In this document: positions 18,816 through 28,365 of the stretch, in pieces
How positions within the stretch are numbered: position 1 is the first letter of the stretch
Layout of the letters: each line of letters begins with the position of its first letter
Assembly: GCA_963836075.1 (NCBI GenBank)
Contig: CAWIIB010000009.1
Location: 128,001-192,000 of the forward strand
Reading direction: 5' to 3'
DNA from: an uncultured Acidobacteriota bacterium
Lineage (GTDB): Bacteria; Acidobacteriota; JAQAZP01
Length of the DNA stretch: 64,000 nt
Notes under the pieces: generated by a model
What the model was told of the DNA's origin: nothing
Database searches by the model: none
Seen by the model: only the letters and a program-made list of their open reading frames with translations
Program-made: the position numbers and the translations under genes

Positions 18816-20023
18816 CCCTGCTGAAACTTGCGATACGCAACCTGATCGGCGCGGGGCTTCGCACGGTCCTCAACATTCTCGTCCTGACCCTGGTCTTCCT
18901 GGCCATCGTGGCTTCGCTGGGCCTGCTCGAGGGGATGAACGAGCAGACCTCCCGGGCGATGGTGGAGGCCGAGTACGGCGGGGGCCAGTTCTGGCATCCC
19001 GGATACGATCCCTATGATCCGCTGACCCTGGAGGACGCCCGCGGGATCCCGCCCCCGGAACTGCTCGATCTCATGGCCCGGGGCGAGGCGGCCGCCATCC
19101 TGGTTGTCCAGGGCACCATGTATCCCGGGGGGCGCCTGCGCCCGGTCCTCCTCAAGGGTATCGATCCCGGACAGGGCATTCTCGAGCTCCCCACCGCAGC
19201 CCTGGGCGCCTCACCGGACGAGCCTGACGGCATACCGGTTCTGCTGGGGTCGCGGATGGCCGAGAATACCGGCCTGGCCCCGGGGGACGTCGTCACCCTT
19301 CAGTGGCGGGACGTGAACGGGACCATCGACGCCCGGGAGGCCCGGGTGGTCCAGATCATGAACACGCCCGTTCAAAGCGTGGACCTGAACCAGGTCTGGC
19401 TGCCCCTGGGCCGGCTGCAGGAGATGATGGGCGCGCCCCGGGAAGCGACCCTGGCCGTGGCGCGCAGGGGCCTGCCGGGCCCTGCCGCGGGTCTGCAGGC
19501 TCCGGCCGCTTCCCTTGCCGGGGCGGACTGGGTGTTTCAGCGGCCCGATGACCTTCTCGCCGACATCCGGAATCTGGTGCGGGCCAAGAAGATCGGGGCC
19601 GGCATCATCTATGCCCTGCTGATCTTCCTGGCGATGATCGCCATCTTCGACACGCAGGTCCTGTCGCTGTTCCACCGCAGGAAGGAGATCGGGACGCTGA
19701 TGGCCCTGGGGATGACCCGGGGAAGGATCATGGCCCTCTTCGTCCTCGAGGGCGGCCTCCACGGGGTCCTGGCCATCGGCGCCGGTGCTGTATTCGGCAC
19801 CCCGCTCCTCTGGCGCTTCAGCCGGGTCGGCTGGAAACTGAGCACCCAGGCGGACAGTTACGGCTACGCCCTGGGAGACACCCTCTACCCGGTGTTCACC
19901 CCCGGAATTCTCATCCAGACCGGGCTGCTGCTCCTCCTGATCACGGCGCTGGTCAGCTGGATCCCGACCCGCAGCATATTGTCACTGACGCCCACCGAAG
20001 CGCTTCGGGGGAGGGCGGCATGA
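18812..20023 (+). CDS. ABC transporter permease (LolC/E, FtsX-like)
   Basis: LAIRNL N-terminus, RRKEIGTLMALGM, C-terminal PTEALRG. Confidence 0.9.
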   Translation: MTLLKLAIRNLIGAGLRTVLNILVLTLVFLAIVASLGLLEGMNEQTSRAMVEAEYGGGQFWHPGYDPYDPLTLEDARGIPPPELLDLMARGEAAAILVVQGTMYPGGRLRPVLLKGIDPGQGILELPTAALGASPDEPDGIPVLLGSRMAENTGLAPGDVVTLQWRDVNGTIDAREARVVQIMNTPVQSVDLNQVWLPLGRLQEMMGAPREATLAVARRGLPGPAAGLQAPAASLAGADWVFQRPDDLLADIRNLVRAKKIGAGIIYALLIFLAMIAIFDTQVLSLFHRRKEIGTLMALGMTRGRIMALFVLEGGLHGVLAIGAGAVFGTPLLWRFSRVGWKLSTQADSYGYALGDTLYPVFTPGILIQTGLLLLLITALVSWIPTRSILSLTPTEALRGRAA

Positions 20024-21294
20024 TCCTCTTCCTGCTCAAGGGGCTCCTCAGAGACAGATCCCGCAGCTTCTTCCCGGTAATCACGGTTCTGGCGGGAGTG
20101 GCTCTCACGGTGGTGGCCTACAGCTGGATCCGAGGCACGGAAGCGGACATCATCCGGGCCAACGCCAGCTTCAGCACCGGCCATCTCAGGCTGACGACCC
20201 GCGGCTACCTCAACGAACCGGCCCAGACGGCCAATGAACTGGCCCTGGGGGATCTGGCCGGGTCCCTGGCCCTGCTCGAGGAAACCTGCCCCGGGCTGGA
20301 CTGGGTTCCCCGGATACGTTTTTCCGGTCTCTTCGACCTGCCGGACGCCCGGGGCGAAACCCGGGCCCAGGCTCCGGTGGCGGGGCTCGCTCTCGATCTG
20401 CTCAACCCGCACGGCGCCGAGCGAGAGATCCTCAACCTGGAGCGGGCCCTCACGTCCGGCCGGCTGCCGGCCGCCCCAAGCGAGATTCTGATCAGCGAAA
20501 CCCTCGCCGAACGATTGGGCCTTCGGCTCGGCGAAAGCGGGACATTCATCGGAACCACCCGCTTCGGGGGCCTGACCACCGCCAACTTCGAGGTGGTGGG
20601 GACCATCCGTTTCGGCATCACGGCCATGGATCGCGGAGCGATCCTCGGTGACATCAGCGGACTGGGGCCGGCCCTGGACATGGAGAACGCCGCCGGGGAA
20701 ATCCTGGGATTCTTCCCCGACCGCATCTACCGGCCGCATATCAGCGCCGAGATGACCGATGCGTTCAACCGGCGTTTCGAAGACCCCGGCGACGAGTTCT
20801 CGCTCCGCCTCACCCACCTGCGGAGCGATCCCGGGCTCGCCACACTGCTGGACCTGGCCGGAATCGTGACCGGAGCGCTGATCGCCCTTTTCGTGGCCGT
20901 GATGTCAATCGTGCTCTGGAACGCCGGGCTGATGGGGTCTCTCCGGCGCTACGGGGAGTTCGGTGTGCGCCTGGCCGTGGGCGAGAAGCACGGCCACATC
21001 TACGGTTCACTGCTGGTGGAGGCCCTGACTATCGGCGTTTTAGGCTCGCTGCTGGGGACGGCCCTGGGGCTGGGCCTCTCCCACTACCTCCAGGTCCGCG
21101 GCCTGAGCATCGCCCCGTTTCTGAAGAACGCCTCCCTGCTCATTTCCGACGTCCTCCGCGCCCGGGTGACGCTGGGGAGCTTCTTCATCGGCTTCGTGCC
21201 GGGTTTGCTGGCCACCCTCGTGGGTACGGCGGTCTCTGGTATTGGGATTTACCGGCGGCGGACCTCGCAGCTGGCCAAGGAGTTTGAAGGATGA
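20020..21294 (+). CDS. ABC transporter permease (LolC/E, FtsX-like)
   Basis: RRYGEFGVRLAVGE, four-TM layout with a large periplasmic loop. Confidence 0.9.
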   Translation: MILFLLKGLLRDRSRSFFPVITVLAGVALTVVAYSWIRGTEADIIRANASFSTGHLRLTTRGYLNEPAQTANELALGDLAGSLALLEETCPGLDWVPRIRFSGLFDLPDARGETRAQAPVAGLALDLLNPHGAEREILNLERALTSGRLPAAPSEILISETLAERLGLRLGESGTFIGTTRFGGLTTANFEVVGTIRFGITAMDRGAILGDISGLGPALDMENAAGEILGFFPDRIYRPHISAEMTDAFNRRFEDPGDEFSLRLTHLRSDPGLATLLDLAGIVTGALIALFVAVMSIVLWNAGLMGSLRRYGEFGVRLAVGEKHGHIYGSLLVEALTIGVLGSLLGTALGLGLSHYLQVRGLSIAPFLKNASLLISDVLRARVTLGSFFIGFVPGLLATLVGTAVSGIGIYRRRTSQLAKEFEG

Positions 21295-22076
21295 GGACGA
21301 TCAGCATTATCGGTTGCGCCCTGGCGCTCTTCTCCCTTGCCGCAACGGTACCGCTCGCGGGTTCCGGCGGTGCGGATGACGCGGCGGGCGCCGGGCCATT
21401 GACCGGGGAGCAGATTCTCGTGCGGGTCGACGAAAACCTGGCCTCGGAAACCAAGATCTCTCTTTCCCGCATGGTCATCCAGGGGCGGGCCGGCTCCCGG
21501 ACCGTGGAGTCGCGGTCCTGGATCAGAGGCACGGAGGAGTCCTTCACCGAGTATCTGGCCCCCCCCAGGGACCGGGGGACCAAGATGCTGAAACTGGGCG
21601 ACCAGCTCTGGACCTACTTCCCCGACACCGACCGTACCATCCTCATCGCCGGCCATATGCTGCGGCAATCCGTGATGGGATCGGACCTCTCCTATGAGGA
21701 CCTGATGGAAGACCCCCATCTCTTCGACATGTACTCGGCGGAGGTCCTCAGGACGGAGCCGTGTGACGGTCGACCGTGCTGGGTCCTGCGGCTTGAGGCG
21801 AAGGACACCTCGCCGGCCTACCACGCCCGGGAGATGTGGGTGGACCAGGAGCGCTTCGTGCCCCTCAGGGAGAGCCGGTTCGCCAAGAGCGGAAAGCTGC
21901 TGAAGACCACCGAGGTGCGGCGAGTGGAACGACAGGGTGACCGCTGGGTGGCGCGGGAAATGGTCTTCAAGGACGTGCTGAAATCGGGGGAGGGAACCGT
22001 TTTTATCATCGAATCGATCGAGTTTGATGCCGAAATCCCGGGCTACTTCTTTACCAAGGCAGCCCTGCGGCGCTGA
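21291..22076 (+). CDS. LolA-like outer membrane lipoprotein-sorting protein
   Basis: Signal peptide; EYLAPPRDRGTKMLK..QLWTYFP; VMGSDLSYEDL. Confidence 0.88.
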   Translation: MRTISIIGCALALFSLAATVPLAGSGGADDAAGAGPLTGEQILVRVDENLASETKISLSRMVIQGRAGSRTVESRSWIRGTEESFTEYLAPPRDRGTKMLKLGDQLWTYFPDTDRTILIAGHMLRQSVMGSDLSYEDLMEDPHLFDMYSAEVLRTEPCDGRPCWVLRLEAKDTSPAYHAREMWVDQERFVPLRESRFAKSGKLLKTTEVRRVERQGDRWVAREMVFKDVLKSGEGTVFIIESIEFDAEIPGYFFTKAALRR

Positions 22077-22095
22077 GCGGAGAAAAGGGCGAGGA

Positions 22096-24546
22096 ATGAA
22101 GCGGAAGATCATCTGGCTGGACAGCCGCAAGGCCCTGGATCGCACGCTGACCGGGGGAAAGGCAGCGAACCTGGCGCGGCTCGTGTCTCTCGGCTTCCCC
22201 GTGCCCAAGGGGTTCGTGATCCCGCCGGAAATTGAGCTGAAGGGCAGCCGGTCCCCGGGAACTCTCCTGGGCTCGGGGCGGCGTCGGCTCGATGGTCCGC
22301 TGGCCGTGCGATCCTCTCTGGTGGGGGAGGATGGAACGAATCATTCCTTTGCCGGACAACTGGAAACAGTCCTCGGCGTCGAGGGAGAGAAGCCGCTGCT
22401 CACCGCCGTCGCTCAGGTGCGATCCTCCGTGTTTCATCCCCGGATCCGGCGATATGCCGAACAGCATGACCTGCTGGAGCTCCGGTCCTCTTCCCGCCCC
22501 TCCCGGTCGCCCGGCGGGGTGGCGGATATATTCAGGATGGCCGTCCTGGTCCAGGAAATGGTCCCGGCATTGGCCGCCGGCGTGGCGTTCAGCGCCGACC
22601 CCCTGACGGGCCGGCGCACCGTGATCATCGAGGCGGTGCCACGTCATGGCGACGCTTTACTCCAGGGCCGGATCGAGCCCGACCGGTTCATCATCGACCC
22701 CCGGGGGGAGCTGGCCCTGGAGGAAAGAAAGACCCTGAGCCGCCAGGATCTCCCATCCGGAATCATCAAGGCCCTCGGGGACACGGTTCTGCAGGTCGCG
22801 GCCCGTTTCGGCACGCCTCAGGATGTCGAGTGGGCCTGGGACGGGAAACGGATGTACCTCCTGCAAGCCCGTCCGATCACCTCTCTGGCGGGGCAGAGCG
22901 TCTATTCGAAAAAGCTGCTGGGGGACATGATTCCCGGACCTATCAAGCCCCTGGTCTGGTCCACGAATGTTCTCGGCATGGTGGAAGGTGTCTTCGGGGA
23001 CGTGTTCACCCGGCTCATCGGAAAGAACGACCACGACTTCAGGCGCATCCTGCGAAGAATCCGGTCCCGGGCTTACGTGGACACGACCTTCGTCGGCCGG
23101 CTCCTGGCCGAGGTCGGGTTGCCCGGGAATCTCTTCGAAGCCGTCGGCAGGGAGGAGAAGGTGCCGGTGCGGGTCGGGCTGAACAGGACGCTTCTCGCCC
23201 GGGCGCCGAGGTTCTTCATCTTCTGCCTGCGCCATGCCCGGCTGGAGAAAAAACTGTCTTCCGGTCTCCGGGAACACGATCGGGCCCTCGACGCTTTCCG
23301 CAAGGCCGAGCTGGCATCGATGCCCGCATCCCGGCTGTTCGACCGCGCGGACGAACTGCTCATGCTCCACCGCAAGCTCCAGGGCTCCATCATGTTCGCC
23401 AGCATGAGCCTCGGCATTCGCACCCGCCTGTTGAAGCGTTACGTGGCCCGGCACGCCGCGGAAGTCGATCCGTCCCACCTCCTGCTCGGCCGGCGGGGTT
23501 TGAAATCCACCGCGCCGAATCGCGAACTGAGCGCCCTGGCGGCGGAAGCGGCCAGCCTGGATCAGGAGCAGGTATCCCTCTTCCTGACCGGAGACACCGA
23601 GGCCATAGGTCAGGGCCTCACCGGGTGCGCGGCGGGAACAGCGATCATCGCCGGGGTGGAACGGTTCCTCGGGCGCTATGGATTCCTCAGCGCCAACGGC
23701 ACCAATTTCGGCGAGCCCAGCTGGGAGGAGGAGCCCGGACCGGTGTGGAAAGCCCTGGGGCGGATGATCCGCAGCGGGCAGCCCAATCAGATCGACAACA
23801 CCGCTGTCCGCGAGGGGGCGAGGAAGGCCGTCCTGGACCGGCTGGGGCCATTCCGGCGGATCCATTTTGCCAGACGCCTGGCATCCGTTGCCCGTTACCT
23901 GGAGCTTCGGGAAGGGATCAGCTCGCTGATGACGGAGGACACCTACGAACTCCGGCGGCTCTTCCTCGGGATCGGCCGCCGACTGGTGGAGCAGGGCCGA
24001 ACGGATGACGCGGAAGACGTGTTTCTCCTTCACGCCGAGGAACTTCGCCGGGCGCTGGGCGGGGACGGTGACACGGGGGAACTGAGGGCGCTGATCGAGG
24101 AGCGCCGGGCTGAACTCGACCGGGACCGGGACGCGGAACTGCCCGAGACGATCGTGGGAGAAGGAATCCCGGAAGCGGCCACCGTGACCGAATCCGGCCC
24201 GCTGTTGACGGGGATGGGCGTCAGCACCGGCGTGGTGCGGGGGACGGCCCGCGTGGTCAGGGAACTGGACGACGCTCCGGCCAGCCTGACCAGGGGTGAC
24301 ATCCTGATCGTTCCCTTTTCCGATGTCGGGTGGACGCCGCTCTTCGCCACGGTGGGTGGCATCGTCGCGGAATGCGGCGGGCAGCTCTCCCACACGGCCA
24401 TCGTGGCCCGGGAGTACGGCCTGCCGGCGGTGGTGGGCGTGCGGGGGGTGATGAGGGAAATCAGGGACGGACAGGTGATAACCGTGGACGGGGGAAAGGG
24501 GCATATCCATCTTGCGCAGGCGGCTCCGCCAGGCGAATCAGCCTGA
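22096..24546 (+). CDS. PEP-synthase/rifampicin-phosphotransferase-like dikinase (ATP-grasp, substrate and His-swivel domains)
   Basis: GGKAANL, AVRSS..GED...SFAGQ, QDVEWA, LLQARPIT; C-terminal GWTPLF...GGQLSHTAIVAREYG; no PEP TIM barrel. Confidence 0.88.
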   Translation: MKRKIIWLDSRKALDRTLTGGKAANLARLVSLGFPVPKGFVIPPEIELKGSRSPGTLLGSGRRRLDGPLAVRSSLVGEDGTNHSFAGQLETVLGVEGEKPLLTAVAQVRSSVFHPRIRRYAEQHDLLELRSSSRPSRSPGGVADIFRMAVLVQEMVPALAAGVAFSADPLTGRRTVIIEAVPRHGDALLQGRIEPDRFIIDPRGELALEERKTLSRQDLPSGIIKALGDTVLQVAARFGTPQDVEWAWDGKRMYLLQARPITSLAGQSVYSKKLLGDMIPGPIKPLVWSTNVLGMVEGVFGDVFTRLIGKNDHDFRRILRRIRSRAYVDTTFVGRLLAEVGLPGNLFEAVGREEKVPVRVGLNRTLLARAPRFFIFCLRHARLEKKLSSGLREHDRALDAFRKAELASMPASRLFDRADELLMLHRKLQGSIMFASMSLGIRTRLLKRYVARHAAEVDPSHLLLGRRGLKSTAPNRELSALAAEAASLDQEQVSLFLTGDTEAIGQGLTGCAAGTAIIAGVERFLGRYGFLSANGTNFGEPSWEEEPGPVWKALGRMIRSGQPNQIDNTAVREGARKAVLDRLGPFRRIHFARRLASVARYLELREGISSLMTEDTYELRRLFLGIGRRLVEQGRTDDAEDVFLLHAEELRRALGGDGDTGELRALIEERRAELDRDRDAELPETIVGEGIPEAATVTESGPLLTGMGVSTGVVRGTARVVRELDDAPASLTRGDILIVPFSDVGWTPLFATVGGIVAECGGQLSHTAIVAREYGLPAVVGVRGVMREIRDGQVITVDGGKGHIHLAQAAPPGESA

Positions 24547-24625
24547 GGACGCGTTGCGGGACATTCGGCGCCACAGCCCCGGGCAGGACGAACCGGCAGC
24601 CGAGAACGTCTTTCTGGAGGCAGGG

Positions 24626-25339
24626 ATGAACATCCAACTCGCGGGATTGAGCCTGCTCACCGGCTACCTGGTCGGCAGCATTTCCATGGCCCGGATCGTC
24701 AGCGCCCTGGCCGCGCCCGGGAAAAAAGTGCCCACGGTCACCGAACTGAGGCTCGAGGGGAGCGACCGGGTCTTTCACCTCGGAACGGTCAGCGCTTCCT
24801 CGGTGTCGGTGCAGCACGGCTCGAAATACGGTTTCCTGGTCTTCCTCCTGGACATGATCAAGGTCATCATTCCGGTGGCGCTGTTCAGGCACTTCTTCCC
24901 GGGCTCATCCTATTTCCTGCTGGTGGCCACCGCGGCCGTGGCCGGGCACATCTGGCCGGTCTATCACCGATTCCGGGGAGGGCGGGGCCTCTCCGCCATC
25001 TACGGCACCCTCCTCGTCGTCGACTGGATCGGGATGTTCATCGCCGGCGCGGGGGGGATGGTCGTGGGGCTGTTCATCCTCCGCTCAGTCCTTCTCGCCT
25101 ACGTGCTCGGGCCGTGGCTGGTGGTACCCTGGATCTGGTGGCGCACCGGTGACCCGGCCCACGTTGCTTTTGCGGTTGCGGCTGCCGTATTTTTTACCAT
25201 CTCCATGGTGCCTGAAATCAGGCAGTGGAGGAAGATTTCGAAAGAGGAACAGTGGGACGACTATCAGGCGGTGATGCAGCTCTCCGGGATGGGCAGGGGA
25301 ATTCTCAAGCTGGCGAAGAAGATCGGGGTGGTGAAGTAG
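24626..25339 (+). CDS. PlsY-family (G3P acyltransferase-like) membrane protein with divergent motifs
   Basis: GYLVGSI, LDMIKV, AVAGHIWPVYHRFRGGRGLS. Motif 1 (GSGNxGxTN) and motif 3 (HxxN) are not recognisable. Confidence 0.78.
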   Translation: MNIQLAGLSLLTGYLVGSISMARIVSALAAPGKKVPTVTELRLEGSDRVFHLGTVSASSVSVQHGSKYGFLVFLLDMIKVIIPVALFRHFFPGSSYFLLVATAAVAGHIWPVYHRFRGGRGLSAIYGTLLVVDWIGMFIAGAGGMVVGLFILRSVLLAYVLGPWLVVPWIWWRTGDPAHVAFAVAAAVFFTISMVPEIRQWRKISKEEQWDDYQAVMQLSGMGRGILKLAKKIGVVK

Positions 25340-26031
25340 CCCCGGGCGCCGCTCCCATCGTCGTGCTGGGTGGTTTGCTCAGCACCCCCTCCCTCTACCG
25401 GGAGATGGGGGACACCCTCCGGCGACTTGCCGGGGCGCCGGTGCTGGTGGTCCCGGTTTCCCGCCTGGAATGGGCGGCGACCGTTTCCGGATGGGGGTGG
25501 GAGCGGATCCTGCTGAAACTGCGGGAGACCGTCGACCGGGCGTTCCGGCTCGGCGAGGACCGGCGGGTCACGCTGGTGGGGCACAGCGCGGGCGGGGTCA
25601 TCGGCAGGCTGTATCTCAGCCCCGAGCCGTTCAGGGGTCACCGCTTCCGGGGACTGGATCAGGTACGCCACCTCATCACCCTGGGCAGCCCCCATCTGAA
25701 CGTTCGGGGCGCCCGCCTGCGCAGTTGGGTGGACCGGACCTTGCCCGGCGCCTATTTCGCTCCGCGGGTCGCCTATTCCACGGTGGCCGGCCGGGCCGTT
25801 CGGGGCGATCGGCGAGGCCCTGTGAAGGCACGGCTGGCCTATCTGCTGTACCGTCAGCTTTGCGGCGAGGGGTCCCAATGGGGAGACGGGGTTGTTCCCC
25901 TCGCTTCGGCACGTCTGGAGGGTGCCGCCAACCTCACTCTGGATGCCGTGGCCCATGCACCCATCGGGGGGAAGCTCTGGTACGGGACGCCCGAGATGGT
26001 AAGGGAGTGGTGGGAACAGTCAAGGCCGTGA
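25225..26031 (+). CDS. Alpha/beta hydrolase (lipase/esterase, PGAP1-like); true start probably near 25330-25365
   Basis: LVGHSAGG nucleophile elbow, LITLGSPH, GDGVVP, VAH. Confidence 0.82.
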   Translation: MEEDFERGTVGRLSGGDAALRDGQGNSQAGEEDRGGEVAPGAAPIVVLGGLLSTPSLYREMGDTLRRLAGAPVLVVPVSRLEWAATVSGWGWERILLKLRETVDRAFRLGEDRRVTLVGHSAGGVIGRLYLSPEPFRGHRFRGLDQVRHLITLGSPHLNVRGARLRSWVDRTLPGAYFAPRVAYSTVAGRAVRGDRRGPVKARLAYLLYRQLCGEGSQWGDGVVPLASARLEGAANLTLDAVAHAPIGGKLWYGTPEMVREWWEQSRP

Positions 26032-26252
26032 AGGGAGGGAGGCGGCTCCTCCCGAAACGGTGGTGCGTCTGTTTTTCGCGCTACTGTTCGTGCCGCCATG
26101 AAGGGATGGGATATGATCTGCCGTGGCCGGAGCCTGAAGCACGGCCGCGCACCGGACCAAGGTCCCGGGGGAGGGACGGTGGTCTTTATCCCCGGACCGT
26201 CCTGACCGGGAGTCAAGCCGGTGCTGATCAGGGCGGCGGAGAGGGAGCGAGC

Positions 26253-27344
26253 ATGGAGGAGCATCTCTTCATTACCGGGGGCACCGGCTTTATCGGGAGC
26301 CGCCTCCTCAGGCTGTGGCTCGAACGGACCAACGCGCTGATCACGCTGCTCATCCGGCCACGCGCCGGTTCCAGCGCCAAAAGTCAACGACGGCGCGCGC
26401 TGGCCGCCCTTCCCAAAGAATGGCGCAATACCTGCTCCGGGCGAATCAGGCTGGTCCGGGGCGATCTCGCGCTTCCGCAACTGGGCATTCAACCCGACGA
26501 CTGGGCGGCGCTTGCCAGGAGCGTCACCCACATCGTCCACGCCGGGGCTGTGCTGCGTTTCAACCTGGCACTCGACCAGGCACGGCGGATCAACACGAAC
26601 GGGACAGCGGCGGTCCTCGACCTGGCCCGATGCTGCCGCCGCCTCGTCCGGTTCGATTACCTCAGCACAGCCTACGTCGCCAGCCGCTGTCAGGGGGTGG
26701 TGCTGGAGGACACATGCCGGGTTTTCGAGGAGCACAACAACAGCTACGAGCGCAGCAAGTATGAGGCCGAGCTTCTGATCAGGGGGGCGATGGCGGAAGT
26801 GCCCGCGGCCATCCTGCGGCCAACGGTCGTGACCTGCGATTTGCAGAGCGGCTATGCGCCGGCCACCAGCGCCTTCTTCCGCTTGCTGCATGCCGTGGCG
26901 AGCGGCATTCTCACCGTACTGCCCGGGCGGCCGGGGACCCTGCTCGACCTGGTGCCCTTGGACTATATTGCCGAAGCGGCTTTTGCCATCGGCCGGCAAT
27001 CCGATACCGCGGGCCGCTGCTTCCACCTCAGCGCCGGCCGGGAGAACCTCATCAGCCTTGGTGATCTGCGCGATCTGGCCTGTGCCGGCTTCGGACGCGA
27101 AACGGTGGAGATCCTGTCCCCGGATCTATTCGCGCACTGGGCGGCAGACCGCTGCAAGGTGATGCCCGAGACGAGCGCCCACCTGGAGGAGATCAGCCTC
27201 TACCTGCCATATCTCAGTCACCATCCTCACTTTGACAATGCGAATGCCATGCGTGCGCTGGACGGGACCGCTGTGCACATGGTGGCCGTCCCGGACTATT
27301 TCGATCGTGTCGCAGCCTACGTCGGCCGCCTGCTTCGGAAGTGA
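26253..27344 (+). CDS. Extended SDR, fatty-acyl/thioester-reductase (male-sterility/NAD_binding_4) type
   Basis: ITGGTGFIG, RGDLALPQLG, HAGA..RF, INTNGT, LSTAYV, NSYERSKYEAE. Confidence 0.85.
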   Translation: MEEHLFITGGTGFIGSRLLRLWLERTNALITLLIRPRAGSSAKSQRRRALAALPKEWRNTCSGRIRLVRGDLALPQLGIQPDDWAALARSVTHIVHAGAVLRFNLALDQARRINTNGTAAVLDLARCCRRLVRFDYLSTAYVASRCQGVVLEDTCRVFEEHNNSYERSKYEAELLIRGAMAEVPAAILRPTVVTCDLQSGYAPATSAFFRLLHAVASGILTVLPGRPGTLLDLVPLDYIAEAAFAIGRQSDTAGRCFHLSAGRENLISLGDLRDLACAGFGRETVEILSPDLFAHWAADRCKVMPETSAHLEEISLYLPYLSHHPHFDNANAMRALDGTAVHMVAVPDYFDRVAAYVGRLLRK

Positions 27345-27472
27345 CGCTCACAGTTTCCCGTCGCTGGCCGCTGGTCGCTGTTCTGCTGTCCCGGGGATTC
27401 CACCCAAGATTCCTCATCCGCATCTCGCGGCCGCCGCCGGGGAGGGCCGGAGGCTGGTGCCGGCCGTACATG

Positions 27473-27502
27473 GAAAAGCCACCCGTTTGCGGGTGGCTTT
27501 TC
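27473..27502. terminator. Bidirectional intrinsic terminator between convergent genes
   Basis: GAAAAGCCACCCG-TTTG-CGGGTGGCTTTTC: perfect 13-bp stem with A and T tracts. Confidence 0.85.
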
Positions 27503-27521
27503 ACATATCGCCTGAAGACAA

Positions 27522-27704
27522 TCAGCCGCCGATGGACGCGCCGCCGCCGGTCTCCGCCTCGGAGATGCAATTCTTCAGCTCTTCCTCGGTGGCCTCGGAT
27601 TTCTTTTTCAGAGCGCTCTGGGGGCAGATGAACTCATCCCCATTGGCGTTCTTGACGATGATGAAGCTCTCTTTTCTGCCGGTGAACGTTTCGACGTCGG
27701 ACAT
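27522..27704 (-). CDS. Small (60 aa) acidic hypothetical protein with two Cys
   Basis: Strong RBS AAGGAGG; GDEFICP and ELKNCI; followed by the terminator. Confidence 0.7.
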   Translation of the reverse strand: MSDVETFTGRKESFIIVKNANGDEFICPQSALKKKSEATEEELKNCISEAETGGGASIGG

Positions 27705-27791
27705 TGTTCTTCCTCCTTGTGGGGGTTTCAGTAGTTCGGCACCTGCTTCTGCGGACGGTCCCCGAACGGCGCAAAAAGAAGTAGCCGCAGG

Positions 27792-28361
27792 TCACTCGGC
27801 TTTCTTAGCGATCCCCAGCTGCTCCAGTCGGGCGGCCAGGTCCTCTCCGGCCGAACCGGTTTTCACCTTGTCGTCGATGAACAGCACCTTGCCGTCGGCA
27901 CCGATGTAGATCGTCTGCCGGGCCGCATAGAGACCCATGCCCCGGAGCACACCGTAGGCCCGGGCCACGTCCTTGCCCGGATCGCTGAGGATCGGGTAAT
28001 CCAGTTCGAGGGACTGGGCAAACTCCTTGTTCTTCTCCGGCTTGTCGATGCTGGCCGCGAAGTATGCCACGTCGTATTTGCGGATCTTTTCGCCGCTCTC
28101 ACGGAGCGACCGGCACTCGGCGGTTCAGCCACCGGTGAACGCCTTGGGGAACCAGGCGATGACCACCGCCCTCTTACCCAGAAAATCATCCAGGCTGTAG
28201 GTGTTCCCGTCGGAACCGGGCAGGCTGAACGGCGGTGCCGTGGCGCCGACTTCCAGTTTTTTGCTCATGTCGGTCTCTTCCTCCGTGGAGAAACTGCAGT
28301 TCGAGACGCCCAGGGCCGTGAAGGCGAGGATGATGATGGTCAGCAATCCGAAGCGCCGCAT
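27792..28361 (-). CDS. bcp: BCP/PrxQ-type peroxiredoxin with in-frame UGA (predicted selenocysteine, codon 79) and an N-terminal signal peptide
   Basis: APPFSLP...VVIAWFPKAFTGG-TGA(28125-28127)-TAECRSLRE. The two ORF-track pieces share a frame. UGA sits at the peroxidatic Cys of PxxxTxxC, and a hairpin follows at 28092-28110. Confidence 0.88.
28092..28110 (-). promoter_or_regulatory. Candidate bacterial SECIS element of the peroxiredoxin
   Basis: mRNA GUCGCUC-CGUGA-GAGCGGC, starting 14 nt after the UGA. Confidence 0.6.
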
Positions 28362-28365
28362 GGTT

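Noticed and set aside
25470-27344. 624-aa ORF suggesting a long N-terminal extension of the reductase
   Set aside because: The upstream part is an alternative frame over the lipase gene. The RBS and ATG at 26253 directly precede the Rossmann motif.
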